Shown here in pieces: positions 39,197-51,487 of a stretch of DNA of 64,000 nt (within the stretch, counting starts at the first letter, position 1; each line of letters opens with the position of its first letter). This DNA comes from Podospora anserina (taxonomy: Eukaryota), in the NCBI GenBank assembly GCA_017654855.1, contig CM030332.1, forward strand, positions 806,001 through 870,000. Reading direction: 5' to 3'. Made by a program: the position numbers and the translations under genes. Under the pieces are notes generated by a model, which worked only from the letters and a program-made list of their open reading frames with translations, had not been told where the DNA came from and searched no databases.

Positions 39197-40495
39197 TCAC
39201 TGTGGTCTTCTCGCTGTGAAGATGTGCCTAGGGAGCTGTTAGACATATTGCCGTCGACTCGCGTCTGGGTCATTAATGAAACTCACATTGTGCAAAACAC
39301 ACGCTTCTCCTTCTTACTCACCTCCGCCTTGACCTCTTCAACAAAGTCGTTAATCTCGGAAAACGACTTGTTGAGTCCTCTCGCAAAGGGCGCCAGACAC
39401 AGAGGTTGGAATCCCTGCTTCATAACCAAGTTAAACCAACGGCCAATGTCCCGAGAATATGTGTCTGTCGGCCATGGGTTGAAAGGAATCCGGATGACCT
39501 CCTCTTTGATGTCAACGAACCCTACCTCGGCCAGCCGCTGCGTGGTCACGTTGCTGTCGAGACGCATGGATCGGCCAAAGTTGTCCATGACAGTCAGGAG
39601 CTCTCCTGTCCACTGCGAAATCAAGGAGCCATTGACAAGTCCGGGATCATCACTACGTGGCGTGAAGTCGATTTCAACTTGCTCGATGTGCCCATAATAT
39701 GGTTTGAGATGCCTGGAAGCGGTTAGCAGAGACTTGATACAACTTGCTGTTGCAGACTCACCTGTAGGCTTCGGCGTACAACCGCGGCCAGCTTGCAATG
39801 CTGCCATTGAGCGTGCGCATATGGATAAGATCCCAAGTACCTGCTTTCAGCTCTTGGGGCCACTCTGATTCAATATCCCTTTGTAAGAAGGTGAGATTGG
39901 AGGGAATGCTAACGATCTGTTAGTGTGGATGACTTGGGTAGGGGAAGACAGCATAAACTCACAATTCGGGTTGGATCAAGTTCAGATCCATGCCAACGTG
40001 TCTGCCACGCGGGTATTTGCTTCATCACGAAATTAGTATTGAAGCATAAATGAGGTGACCATGAGATGTGAGCAACTTACTCGGCCATCTCGATGGTCCA
40101 GATGCCCGTGCCACAGCCGAGATCAAGAATTGATGGTTCTTCTACCGCGACCGGGGCTTTGTGCAGGAGTTCCTTGCGAGCAACCAAGCAAAACTTGTGA
40201 AATATGTCTAGGCGGTCTTGCTCATCCTTCACGTCGAGTGGTTAGTCAATCATGTGAACGGATGGACGCGAACTTGGGACCTCTCAGCTTACCGCATCAA
40301 CGGGGAACATGTAAGCACCCTTTTTGTTGGTGCCATACCATCGTCCATTTTCCTGGTACACTTGTGTGTTTTGCTCATGTTGTTGTGATGAGCCGGTGCC
40401 ACTGCGGGCGGTGTTAGTCGGGCCGGCTTGGTCATCAGACGCACACAGGAAACTCACTTATAGAAGGACCTTGATGGCTGGGACTCCATCGCCAT
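39197..40495 (-). CDS. lae1: LaeA/LAE1-type SAM-dependent methyltransferase (secondary metabolism/development regulator)
   Basis: Not visible as one ORF. Splicing introns 40402-40457, 40227-40292, 40020-40080, 39909-39962, 39713-39761 and 39228-39286 gives [34 protein letters not shown]...[11 protein letters not shown]...[16 protein letters not shown]...[20 protein letters not shown]...[16 protein letters not shown]...GRWFNL...HIFTARRPQ. Both termini are somewhat uncertain. Confidence 0.85.
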
Positions 40496-43400
40496 CCCGC
40501 TGTGAATCAGCCCAATCCAACAGCTTCCGAATGATCAAAGAGAAAACGGGCGGTAGGTCGTGAATATGAGTATATGGTTGCTATTTGAAATGTTGGAAGT
40601 GTGCCAGAGCTGGAAAAATGAGGTTAGAAGACCAGACACAAGAGATTTAAAACCGCCGAGCACAGCGATCCATACGGAATCGGAGGGGCCACTGGCTGGA
40701 TTAGCTGAACTTTATCGTGGACACGAGCACGCGTGAGGGACGAGGGCATATCTCGTGGAAGCTTCTCAGACACGGGCCCGCCACAATTCCTATGCAGTCA
40801 CTGGCGGCTAAGAAGATGGGACAACTCACCAGTAGCAAATGATCTTTTTGAAGCCAACATTCGCCGTGGTGCCGGTAGCAAGTGGTACGGTGAGCGATGT
40901 GTGTGTGGTTTTTTAAGCTGAAAGGGAATGCGATATAAGATGATAAAGAGCGGTAAATTAGCTGAGACCAGCGCGCGGTTGCAGGAGCCGTGGCACTGCT
41001 CGACGATTTGAGATTGCAGTTGTTGCGGATGACACCCGACTGTTCAAGAGGGTGGGTGGAGCAAATAGAATGGAAGGAAGAAGCTCTTGGACCGGTGGCA
41101 GGGGGCGCGTGCCTTATTAACCTAAGCAAAGCAACCAGAAGGCGCTACGTCGCAGTGGGTGGTGCGGGAGCCGGGGGGGCTGACGGACAGGATGCACTGC
41201 CTGCGCAGGGCATGGAGCAGGGGAGCCAAAAAAACAATGACAGAACCGTCGGGTACATAGAATGGAACTCGGCCTTGATGATCTTGTCATTATGTCTGCT
41301 TTGTTGTTTCCTTCCAAATTCTACTCGTCTGCTTTTTCCGGGGGATCAGGGTATCGCGGGAACACCTAGCTCGGTTGCAGGAGCTGCCCGGAGGGGTGTG
41401 TCGGGGGCCGGGTGGGTTAGGTGGTAAAAGTAAGGGTGTGGGGTTGCAAGCTCCCAGGTAGAAGGTCCCGAGGCCATATTAATACCCTGCCTACCTAGGT
41501 ACGGAGTATTATTTCTACCTATGTTTGCTTCCCGTCAAGGTACCTGAGGTCCTGTTGTGATGATTCTTGGAGAATACCTACGAGATGCGCACTGTCAAAG
41601 TTGCCACCTCTCTCCATCGTTCACGTTTTCTGCTGCACCGTTCCAGCGGTTCGGGTTTGGAAGTAGCCCCTCTTGCGGGCGTCTCCATCGCTCCCGCTCC
41701 CGTATCCGGCACTCCAAGTTCCAATGTGCGTAGACACCTCCTTGATTTCACCAATGCCCGCTGACGTGCCGGCGGCACCTCCGCTTCTTTCTTCATTTTG
41801 TTTCAGCGACTCGACCAACCGAGTGACATCGCCAAGCATGTGCATGGCGCTTCACCAGCAGACCCGAGGTGGAGCGGCTGGCAACCAACAAAGCAAGGCT
41901 CCAAGATTCTTGTATCCATATCCCACAAGACTATCGCCATCAAGATGAACAAAGAACGTCGGCTCCAGCCTGTCGGGTCAGGCCATCCGAGAACTTTGAA
42001 CGAGTTGTAACAAAGACGGCTCAAAAGTTCCCAGATCCGAAACCACAACTTGGTCGCCCACCACCATGATCAGTTCACCGGGCCGCCGCTTGCGGATGGC
42101 GCTGTTTCCAAGATGACAGATTGACGTGTTGCGGTTTCCTTATCTCGGATAAACGCACTCACTTCTGCACTTCTGAGAAAAAGCGCGTAACGAAGTTGGG
42201 AAGCTGCTGGCTGGCCAGGTGCGCAGTTTAATCAGGTTTCCAAAACAGAGTTGCATGCAACGTGGGCTGGAACCATGCCATCATGATGCGTTCCAGCTCC
42301 TCACCACTCACCCACTCAGATCATCGCGGCCAAATTTCCGATGCCGCTTCTTCGCGCCATTTCGGAAGCAAGCCTGCGAGGCTGCAAAAGCAGGTACACA
42401 CCTGCATGTTTCTCACCACATGCCAGCCTGTTTCAAGTCGTCCTCGACATCTCCGCTCCATCCCTTGTTTCAGCTGCCTTTTTCCCTTGGCCTTCTCTCA
42501 TCCGATGCCCTGAAGAGGGTTCCCCCCAGTCTCACCGAAGCCCAGACGGTGGGAGTTGAAGGTCCTCAAAGGGAATCAAGGCCCGGTCAGCTGTCCAGGG
42601 CCGCTTTTGTCCAACGTTGCTCGCTCCGAAGTTGGCGTTTCCAGCGGTTGGGGGCACCGATTGTTTTTTCCCTACTCCACCTGCTGGGCTCCTGCCAAGC
42701 GGCCAGCGTCGCCCCTTGACCCTAGCTGCCTGCGCAACCAACCTCTTCTTCTGATTGGTTACCGACCTGTCGGGTCGTCCCACTTTTTCTTCCCTCTCCT
42801 CCAACAGCGAGACATGAGTGGCATGGGAATGGCTCCCTGACCTCTCTCTCTGTCTCAAGCACCCAGCCCAGTCGATTTGCTTCCCACTCGGTGGATGTCG
42901 TAGACCCGTGAACCCTGAATCACGGACTGGCACGCTTCACCGACGACCCGCGGATTCCGTCGGAATTGTCTCCGAAAACTGTGCGCTCTGAGGTTTGTCC
43001 ACTGGGCTACCTGTAACCTGGTATGCCCTCACCTCTCGGTCCCGAACCAATTAGCATTGGCTAACTAAGCGGCGTCAGGGCAGGAGATTCATTGCGTCGT
43101 AATAAACCTGCTTAGTCTGATGAGCCCCTCACTTCTCACCGGCCGAGCCTACACTAGAGGCGGCGCTGGCAGCCCAGGATGGTCAGAAGAGCACGAAAGA
43201 GTGGGGGAGTCCTGCATCTTGTATATGTGCAAGTTCGGCATGTGTTTTGCTATGCTGACCGCCTTTTCTATTACTTGCAGCTGCAGGGTGAAGCGAGGCC
43301 CTTCGGGGGGTGTAGACCTTGTTCTCAATTCAACAGCGTCGTCTCGTAACCAAACCTGCCGAGCGTGTTGTACCATCGCCCCGAAACTTTTCGGCATAGA

Positions 43401-45904
43401 GAAAATGACGAATCAGCTTGGGTGGACATACCCCTGGGCTTGGCCTGGAAGCTCCTTTCAGCGGTGTTTCCACTGGCTCGGCTCCACATTTCGCGGCTCC
43501 TATCCATCAGACGACAAGTATGAAAGTATGAGAGATGCTTGTCCACCAATTCTGCGCGACGTGATGACAAGACTACTGCACCAAGAATAGCAAACACGGT
43601 AGGTGAGGTGTGGCAGTCACCCTCCATAAAAGCTGAACAACTAACCAGATGCCAGAGAATGCGTCCACAGAGGCAACCCCGGGCCGAGACGTCGCCTGCC
43701 TTCGGGGTCTCTTCCCACACCCAGTTTATGCCGGTCTCCCAAGCCATCACACCTTGCCGGGGGTCGACCGCTCCACCGGGTCATATCTCTATCTCGAGGT
43801 CGACATCTTGGAACATCAACCTACTAGTCATGCCCGCATGACATGGCGGCGCGGTGCCGTCACCAGACTCACATTGCCACCTGTTGGTTCTCGAACCGTG
43901 GAACTAGTGGCGGCATGGTTGACTAAACCTGTTGATTTGGCGATTCAGCGAGTAGGGAAATAATGGACTGGCACGGGTAACCAGCAGGACATGCCCGGTG
44001 AAGTGGTGTTGGGGGCCGGTCCCAGTAGTCTGGGTGGTTAGATTGCCCGCCGTTATGCCAGATTGGGGCACAACAGCGTCTTCTCCTCCCCCCCTGCTCT
44101 CCCCCCTCTCCATGCTGTAACACAGGAGGGTGGTGTGGTAGGGTGGGAAGCTATCTTCTGGCGATGGATGGTGTGGTGGAGTCTGCATCAGCAGTTGAGC
44201 CAGTAGATTCAGCGATTCTGCTTTGGGGGAGGCTCCTTGTGGGTAGGGTAGGGTAGGATGGTCCAGGCTGGGACTAACACTGTGCTCTATTTCAGTTTAG
44301 GGGGGAAGCTCGAGCCCAAGGTAGGTACACAGTGTTACTGACATACCGGTATGCAAAGTACTTTGCGGTACTTTCTTTGCCCTTCTCGGAATATCGACGG
44401 CCACTCGGATGGGATGGGAGGCTGCCTGGACTTGCGCTGTACACTGTGAGAGGTGACACTCGTTACTGGAAAGTACGAGGGGCGGGCATGACGAAGGTTG
44501 TGCGGTTGCCGACGTGCCACAGAGCCTTGTAAGGTTTCGAGGCGTTGTGACGGGTAGCTACGAGGTCAATGTATTCCCCATACTGTACGGGATGTATGTG
44601 ACCACATCTTGTGTGGACGTGACTCGGCCGGCAAAGGAGCAAGCTAAGACCAGCCTCGCCTCGGTGAGGCACTGAAGGGCCTGTTGCTCTAGCTCTTTGT
44701 TTTGGCCAGAAAGAAATAAAGAGGACGAGGAGTGAGCGAGTGACTTGGACGGATGGTCACATACCTTATTCATAATATGCGGTGTAGTTGCGGCCTTTGC
44801 TGGCTTGGACGGCCCTTTGTCTGTCTCACTCTGACCTTCTTTTTCTTGTGATACCTACCGGGGAAACCGGAAGTTGAAGAATGAATGACAGGTGGTGTCG
44901 CACCAGTAAGCACCTCGGGGGCAACCAGCCGGTGAGAGTTTTGATGTGAGGCTCACAGGCCTCGGGCCGGTTTTTCTCTGCAGGTTTTGCGGCGGTTGAG
45001 CTGCCAGATCGGTCGTCATTCGGGGAAAGATTGAGCCCAGCCCTTCACAGTCTGATTAACTTGACGCGATGTTTGGCTTCATGTTCAGTTGGGAGTCGAG
45101 ACGCTCGCTCTTTATGGATCGACCTTGACGGGCCGATACATGTTGTGATTTGAGACTTTCGATTGGATTTGTTTTTTGGAGTGGGAAGATCATACTGATC
45201 ACATGCCATAGATGACTCAAATGTCGAAACTGGGGTACCATAATACCATAGCCTTGGGAAGACGTTGAGTTTGCCTTAGGCTTGTGGCTATCCCTGGTTT
45301 GAAAACTAGAAGTAACAACGTTTGTCTAATTAGCGGCGATCTCGAGAAATGTAGATATTAGCGGTGATCGGGAAGAGGTTATCATATGATTAGGTAGGTA
45401 TAAATTGTTTGTGCGTTCTTTCCTCGTTGATTTACTTCTTTCTATGCTGTTCCGTTCTCCATCGCTTGCTCCTTCCTCAGTTTGGTAACCGGGGTGTAAC
45501 TCAGGGCAGGCACTTGAGGTGCTCTTTCCCCAGCCACCTGCTGTTTTCTACTGACGTAATGGCCCTTCCTGGACTCACTAGTTTTCCAATCCATTGACTC
45601 TGGAACTTGACAAGTAAACAACTTTGTTGTTATCGAGAATGGAAGCAGCTTGTAATCGCCAGACATTCATAGTCACTCTCCCACTTCGAGATAAAGAGCG
45701 TGATCAACTTCCGCAATGTTTTAGAACAAGAATACAAAAGTGGCATCTGACCTCACTCATAGGCAGAACGCGGCATCCAAACTTTGATATGGATAGACAT
45801 CTTTCTACTTCGTCAAAATTGTGTCTCAACACAAACCATGCACTTGTTCTCAGCTGCTATACAAGGTGACCTGCATAACCTCTACTCTTTCACAGGTACA
45901 CCTC

Positions 45905-47782
45905 CTACTCCTTCCCCTTCTTCTCCCCAAAACCCTCTGCTTCCTGCCCACCACCAGGTGCCGCCCCGTGCAGCACTTGATCATCATGAACCACGTACAG
46001 GCCCATCACCTTCGGCCCCGGATAACTCCTCCTTGCGTGGACGACCCACCAAGCCATTGTGATAACCACCACCCCAGCAAGGATAACAGAGTTGTAGTTC
46101 ATAATCTCGGCGTTGGTGGGGAGGGCGTAGGGGAAGCAGTAGAAGGTGTCGAACAGAGTGATGAACAGCACGGCTAGGATGTTGATGACGAAGCCGGAAT
46201 TGCCGAGGTGGAAGGGGCCCTTGGGGAAGTGTTTCCGACCCGTCAAGACGTTGGCTGCAAAAGGGATGGCGTAGGAGACGGTGGTGAGGATTATGAAGGA
46301 GCCGGCTAGGTTCAGGAAGGCCACTTCCGAGCCGAGGGGGATGGCGCCTATGCCTGTGGCTATTATGGCTGTGGGGGGTTACCTAGTGGACGGTGGAAAA
46401 AAGGGATGTGATAGAGAGAACTTACCAACAAACAACGTCGCCGGCACCGGGCAGCTGAGCCTTTCGTTGACCTTGCTGAACAGTGACGACAAGGGCACAG
46501 CATTATCCCGAGCCAGAGCCCAGTAGATCCGAGAATTGGTCAAGGTCGTGCCAATGCAGCAAAGCATCGAGGCACACCAGATGATGAACAGCAACCCGAA
46601 CGTTGCCCCCAGATTCTGGTTCCCTTCCCCATCAGCAGTCGCCTGAAGGTAAATATCCACCAGCGGGTAGGTGTTAATCCCCCCTTGAAGGATCCCAAGG
46701 TCGGTAATGGCGTAACAAAGCGCAATCGCAAAGCAAAAGGCATCTGTTTGATCAGTCAGCCTCCATCACAAAACAAACGTCTCAGAAAAACGCACACAAA
46801 AACCCCAACCCAATCTGCAAAGCGATAGCAATGGGCAAATCCCTCCTCGGATGCGGCAGCTCCTCAGCCATATGCGTAATCGCATCTGGCGTTCCCACCG
46901 TAAAAGCCCCATTAAGCACCCCCAGCAAAAACGCCACCCCTCCCTGCCAACCCGTCAGGTTGTTCTCGTCAAAACTCCCCCAGACGAAATAGTTACTCGC
47001 CCGCTGCTTCGGCATGGCGGCCAAGACGATAATCGTGACGATCCCGCCCACAATCACAAAGAACATGCCCGCGTTCTGGGTGTACGGCAGGAGCTTGTTG
47101 CCAAAGATGACGGTCAAGATGCAAATCCAGAGAACGAGGAGGTAGGCGACGTAGACGTGCCAGGGCTCGAAGGAGTAGGTGTCGCGGTGGTAGATGACGT
47201 ACATGCTGACGGTGATGTTGGCCGTGATCTGGACCAGGGCGGCGAGGTCGAACATCCAGCCGTAAAAGTTGATCCAGCCGGTGAGGAAGCCGAGGAAGCG
47301 GCCGTGCTTGGGGCCGCCGGCGATGGTGGCCCAGTGGTAGACGCCTCCTGCTGTTGGGACGGAGGAGGCGAGCTGGGGGATGTTAGAGTGCTGTCTTGGA
47401 GGTTATGGCGGAAGAAAAGGGGGAATACCTCTGCTAGTCCTAGGCCGATGAAAGTGTAGTAGAAGAGGGCTACGATCAGCCCGAAAATGAGACCTGGTGG
47501 GCCGCCGTTTACTGAGACAATGTTAGTTTATTGCATTTGAGTTGGTCATGATGAGGACATACGTATAGAGACCGAGATGGATGACCCCAACGCTACCCAG
47601 GCATTGTCAACCGTTACTGCGATCCCTGCCAACCCCAAAAGGCTGTACTGCCTCTTCAACTGATCTCTGTACCCGGAATGATTGACAACAACTCCATTCT
47701 CAACCGCAGCCACCGTCTCGTCCTCTGATCCGCCATCTAATCCGTTCTTCTTGGGTAGTGGTTCACTGTTTGGGTCGGCCAT
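45905..47782 (-). CDS. APC-superfamily amino acid/choline/GABA permease (HNM1/UGA4-like)
   Basis: NGGPPGLIFG, AELASSVPTAGGVYHWA, THMAEELPHPRRDLP, SRIYWALARDNAVP, KGPFHLG and MNYNSVI, with many hydrophobic segments. Introns 47512-47562, 47373-47428, 46744-46795 and 46369-46425. Confidence 0.85.
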
Positions 47783-49252
47783 GGTGTAAAACTGAGATAT
47801 CGTCTTCAACTATGTACCATAAAGTAAACCACCAAACGGGAAACTTTTGAATACTTATCAATACTTTGCAAACACCCGCAGCCAACAATGCCAAAATGTG
47901 ATGAAATCACAAAATCACAAACGAAAACCTCTCTCCCTCCATGGTAGAGAGATAGTGGCCAAATCACAAGCACCGTAACTCTCTACCCGCAATCCATTGG
48001 TTGAACCAAAAGCCATATGGCAGGCAGATAGATAACAAGCGCCCAAAAATGGGTGTTGATAAGAAATGTCGAAGGATCTAAAATGCCGTAACAGTGATGG
48101 TGACATAGGGTTCTCCCTCTTAGATGTGAGTGGTGGTTCGAAAGCGCCTCAGGCAAGCTGTGCTGCATGTAGCTTGCAGCCAACGGCATGGGTTCGGAGG
48201 TAGGCCGGGGATGAGCCTATTGGGTGGTTGCGTTATCGGATGTAGCTCTTTGGTTCTCGTCATTTATCGGCGGATTGCTCATTGTCCCTGGGGAAAGCCT
48301 CATGGGCGTGGGGTAATATGTAACTTGAGGCTGAGAGTTGTCAATGTTGAGGGTCGGTCCGCCCGAGTATGTTCTGAGATGGGATTGAGTGGGAGATGTT
48401 GCTTTCATGGTAAAGCCATTCATTGGCTGTATGACAGGTGCAATCACATAAAACAGCCGAGTAATTGTGTCTGAAGGAATGTATGATAATGACCCGATTG
48501 ATGCTGTAACGGTTCGAGTGCGGCATCTGTGTATCAGTGAGGTGGGATGATGCGTCCCTGCAGTTTGTGTAACCAATCATCCAGATATGCATCTTCAATC
48601 CACAACGCGAGGATCAATTGGTTGTTGAATGTGTACCTACGATATTGGCTGTGAAGACCCGAAGAGCAGGAAGTAAAGCTGGACCGGAGCCATTGGTATT
48701 AACTGGCTTCCGTACCTAGTATGTTAATGTCATAAAATTATCCGTACTTCACCTAGAAGGAATATGAACCATGAAGTTGTCTGCTTCCCCACATCCCGTT
48801 GTGGCAATGGCACAGCTGGGGCAGGGTGCCATTGCATAAACCTTTATCAGACTGGACCTTCCAATCACCACTGCTATTGCAAGACTGTATCGAATTTATA
48901 AGTCAGCAGTGTTCCTCTCACATTTGGGACACTGTCTCCAGCACTCATTTGCGCCGTTCCGGACAAACTACTGCACGTCATAGATAACGGCTGCCAAACG
49001 TGGGGTACTAGTTGTTCGACAACGGCGACAAAGCTTGCTGCGAAGAAGGTTTCCGCGGAGACGAGAATGGATGAACTTGCAATGGAAATGTCTGTAGAGT
49101 TCTTCGGTAGCTCTTCCGCTCTATCCCAGGTATAAGCCTACTAACCATACTAATAAAAAAGCAGATAACCTCCCATATCGATACCGACCATTAACCCTGG
49201 AAAATGCATGCCCATGCACGACCGCCCACAGCAGAATTGGAAAGCAGAAAAA

Positions 49253-50756
49253 TCACTGCTTGGTGCTGTCGTCTTCGCGGCCCCATCTCGCCGACTCATC
49301 GCCCTCTTGCCATTCTTTTTCGACATAGCCAAGTTGGCGCTTCACCTGCTGGACGGTCTCCTTGTCGCCAGTATTTTTGCCAACGTTGTCACTAAATGTT
49401 CCTGTTAGCCACATTTCATTGGGCCTCCAAGACTGATACTGACCTGATCTTGATGGCGGGCCTACCTGCCGCTGAGCTCAGCTTGATGACAATGTTGAGA
49501 GGGGTCGACTTCTTTCCGGTCGTTGTGTGAACGAAATCGTTGGTCAGGAATGTCCCAACACCAAATGTGGGCTGGAAACCCGCTTCCTCTGATACTTGCT
49601 TGTACTCCAAGCACCGGTCAATGTTGAGAGAGTCGGAAAAGACAATGACCTTCTTGTCATGAATTCCCTGCTCATCATAAAACTTGCGCATAACCTTGAC
49701 GAAAGTCTTGGGGTCTCCTGAGTCCTGTCGGACACCAGTGAAAACATCGGCGTATGTCTTTTCGGTCTTGGCCGGCTTGGTGGCCGAGGTCACCGCCGAG
49801 ATGAAAGAATCAGCAACACTGGGCTTGCGGTCCGTGTGCTGGGGAGCCGGCTCTCCGAGATGTCTGACGGGTTTGCTGAAAGCCTTGAGGAACTCGGGGG
49901 TACCAAAGGTGTCGGTCAAAGCAATGCCGAGAACACCCTCACCGAAGCATTCAACCCAGCGGTAGAGAGCCTCCTCGGTAGAAAGTGTGTAATCACCGAC
50001 GATAGCAGCAGTACCCATGAACCATTCGTGAGCGACGGTGCCCACCGGGGGGATGCCAAAGCGCATGGCAAGGTGAACGTTGCTGGTCCCTGACAGCTTT
50101 CCAGACCAGCCCTTCTTTCCCGCTTCCTTGCTGGCCTTGGTCAGGCCTCTGAAAACCAAAGCCTGGGTGTGATAGTCTCTCCGTCGACGGGTGCCGAATT
50201 CTGAAAACACACAACCGGCCCCGAGCAGGCGCATACCCTTCTCAAAAGCCTGCTCCTCTTGCCCATCATACGTCCAATCGGTATCCATAAACTTGAAATA
50301 GGCTTCAGAGGTCAATGCCAACAGAGGGATTTCGTACAGAATCGTTTCCAGCCAGGTACCGCTGATCTTGATGTCCAACTCTCCCATATCGTCCTCGGAA
50401 CCAGTGTCCTCGCTACCTGGCGAGAAGGTGGTTGTTACTTGCTCCCTCGGCCGGAGGCGGAATTCCGAGAGAAACTCAAGATATTCAGGGGTGAAATATG
50501 GGCAGTGCTGCTTGAGGTACTGGAGCTCCTCAGCTGACAAGGAAATATTGCCAAGCTTCCTGATCTGCTCCTCGAGCCAGTTGAAAGCCTTCCGTGAGAG
50601 CTTCTTCTCGGGGGTCCGATTGGTAAAAGCATAGGTGACTGGTACATCTCTGTAATGCTTGAGGACGGCGCATTGCATCGTCAGCTTGTACAAATCTGTA
50701 TCCAGAAAAGAGATGACACCCTCTGGGTAGGGTGAACCGCTGTTGAAGTTAATCAT
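49253..50756 (-). CDS. NPT1: Nicotinate phosphoribosyltransferase
   Basis: [49 protein letters not shown] and FSDSL. Intron 49392-49443 joins PAIKIS to DNVGKNTGD...STKQ*. Confidence 0.93.
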
Positions 50757-51487
50757 AGTGTATGATGACTTTTGTTGCTACAGGAAAGACTGAGATAGGT
50801 TGGGTTCTGGTGGAAAATTGTGTGCTTCAAAAACAAGCTTCCTAGGTAAGAAGGTAGGTAGGTCCACAGGCAGGTGACCGTTCAAGGGAGACTGAAATAT
50901 GCGGCGCCTCTTGGCTTTTGAAACGTGTTGGCTCTAGGAGGCGTTGGGTGGCTTGGTGAAATTGACAATGATTTCAGAAGGACAGAAGGGAAAAGTAAGA
51001 GAACTAGCAATCTCTAGGTTGTTTGGCTGCCTCTCAACCTCCGTTTCTCTCCAACCTCTCGACGGAATGCCTCGGTGTGTGGACGATGACACAACCCCTC
51101 CAAACGGGAGCGATTGCAGCGTGGGGTTGGTGGGCATGGCATGTTTTCCGAACAATTTACTGGCACGAGTGTCACCTTTGTGATCCATGTTTTCTGTAGC
51201 AGGGTCGGTGGTGTTGAAAGGCCCACTTGGAGTGCACGAACCACAGCTTAATTGACTGACCGACTTCACCGACTGGGAGCTTGGCTAACGGATTGAAGCG
51301 GCAGAAAAAAAAAAGTTCACAGGCAGCTTCACTGGTCGCGACAGAGGAAAGCGCCCCGCCAAATAGCAGTAACCCAAGAAAAGCAGAATTGTCAACCAAC
51401 TCAACCAGCTGCGCGCGCCGAGATATACCCCTTTTTTTCTTACCTTTCCCCTCGCCGACGCCCGAGGCCGACGACCAAGTCGGAAAA

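Noticed and set aside
49253..49330. Apparent frameshift at the NPT1 C-terminus
   Set aside because: Recounting the A-run shows GTC GAA AAA GAA TGG is in frame; the gene is intact.
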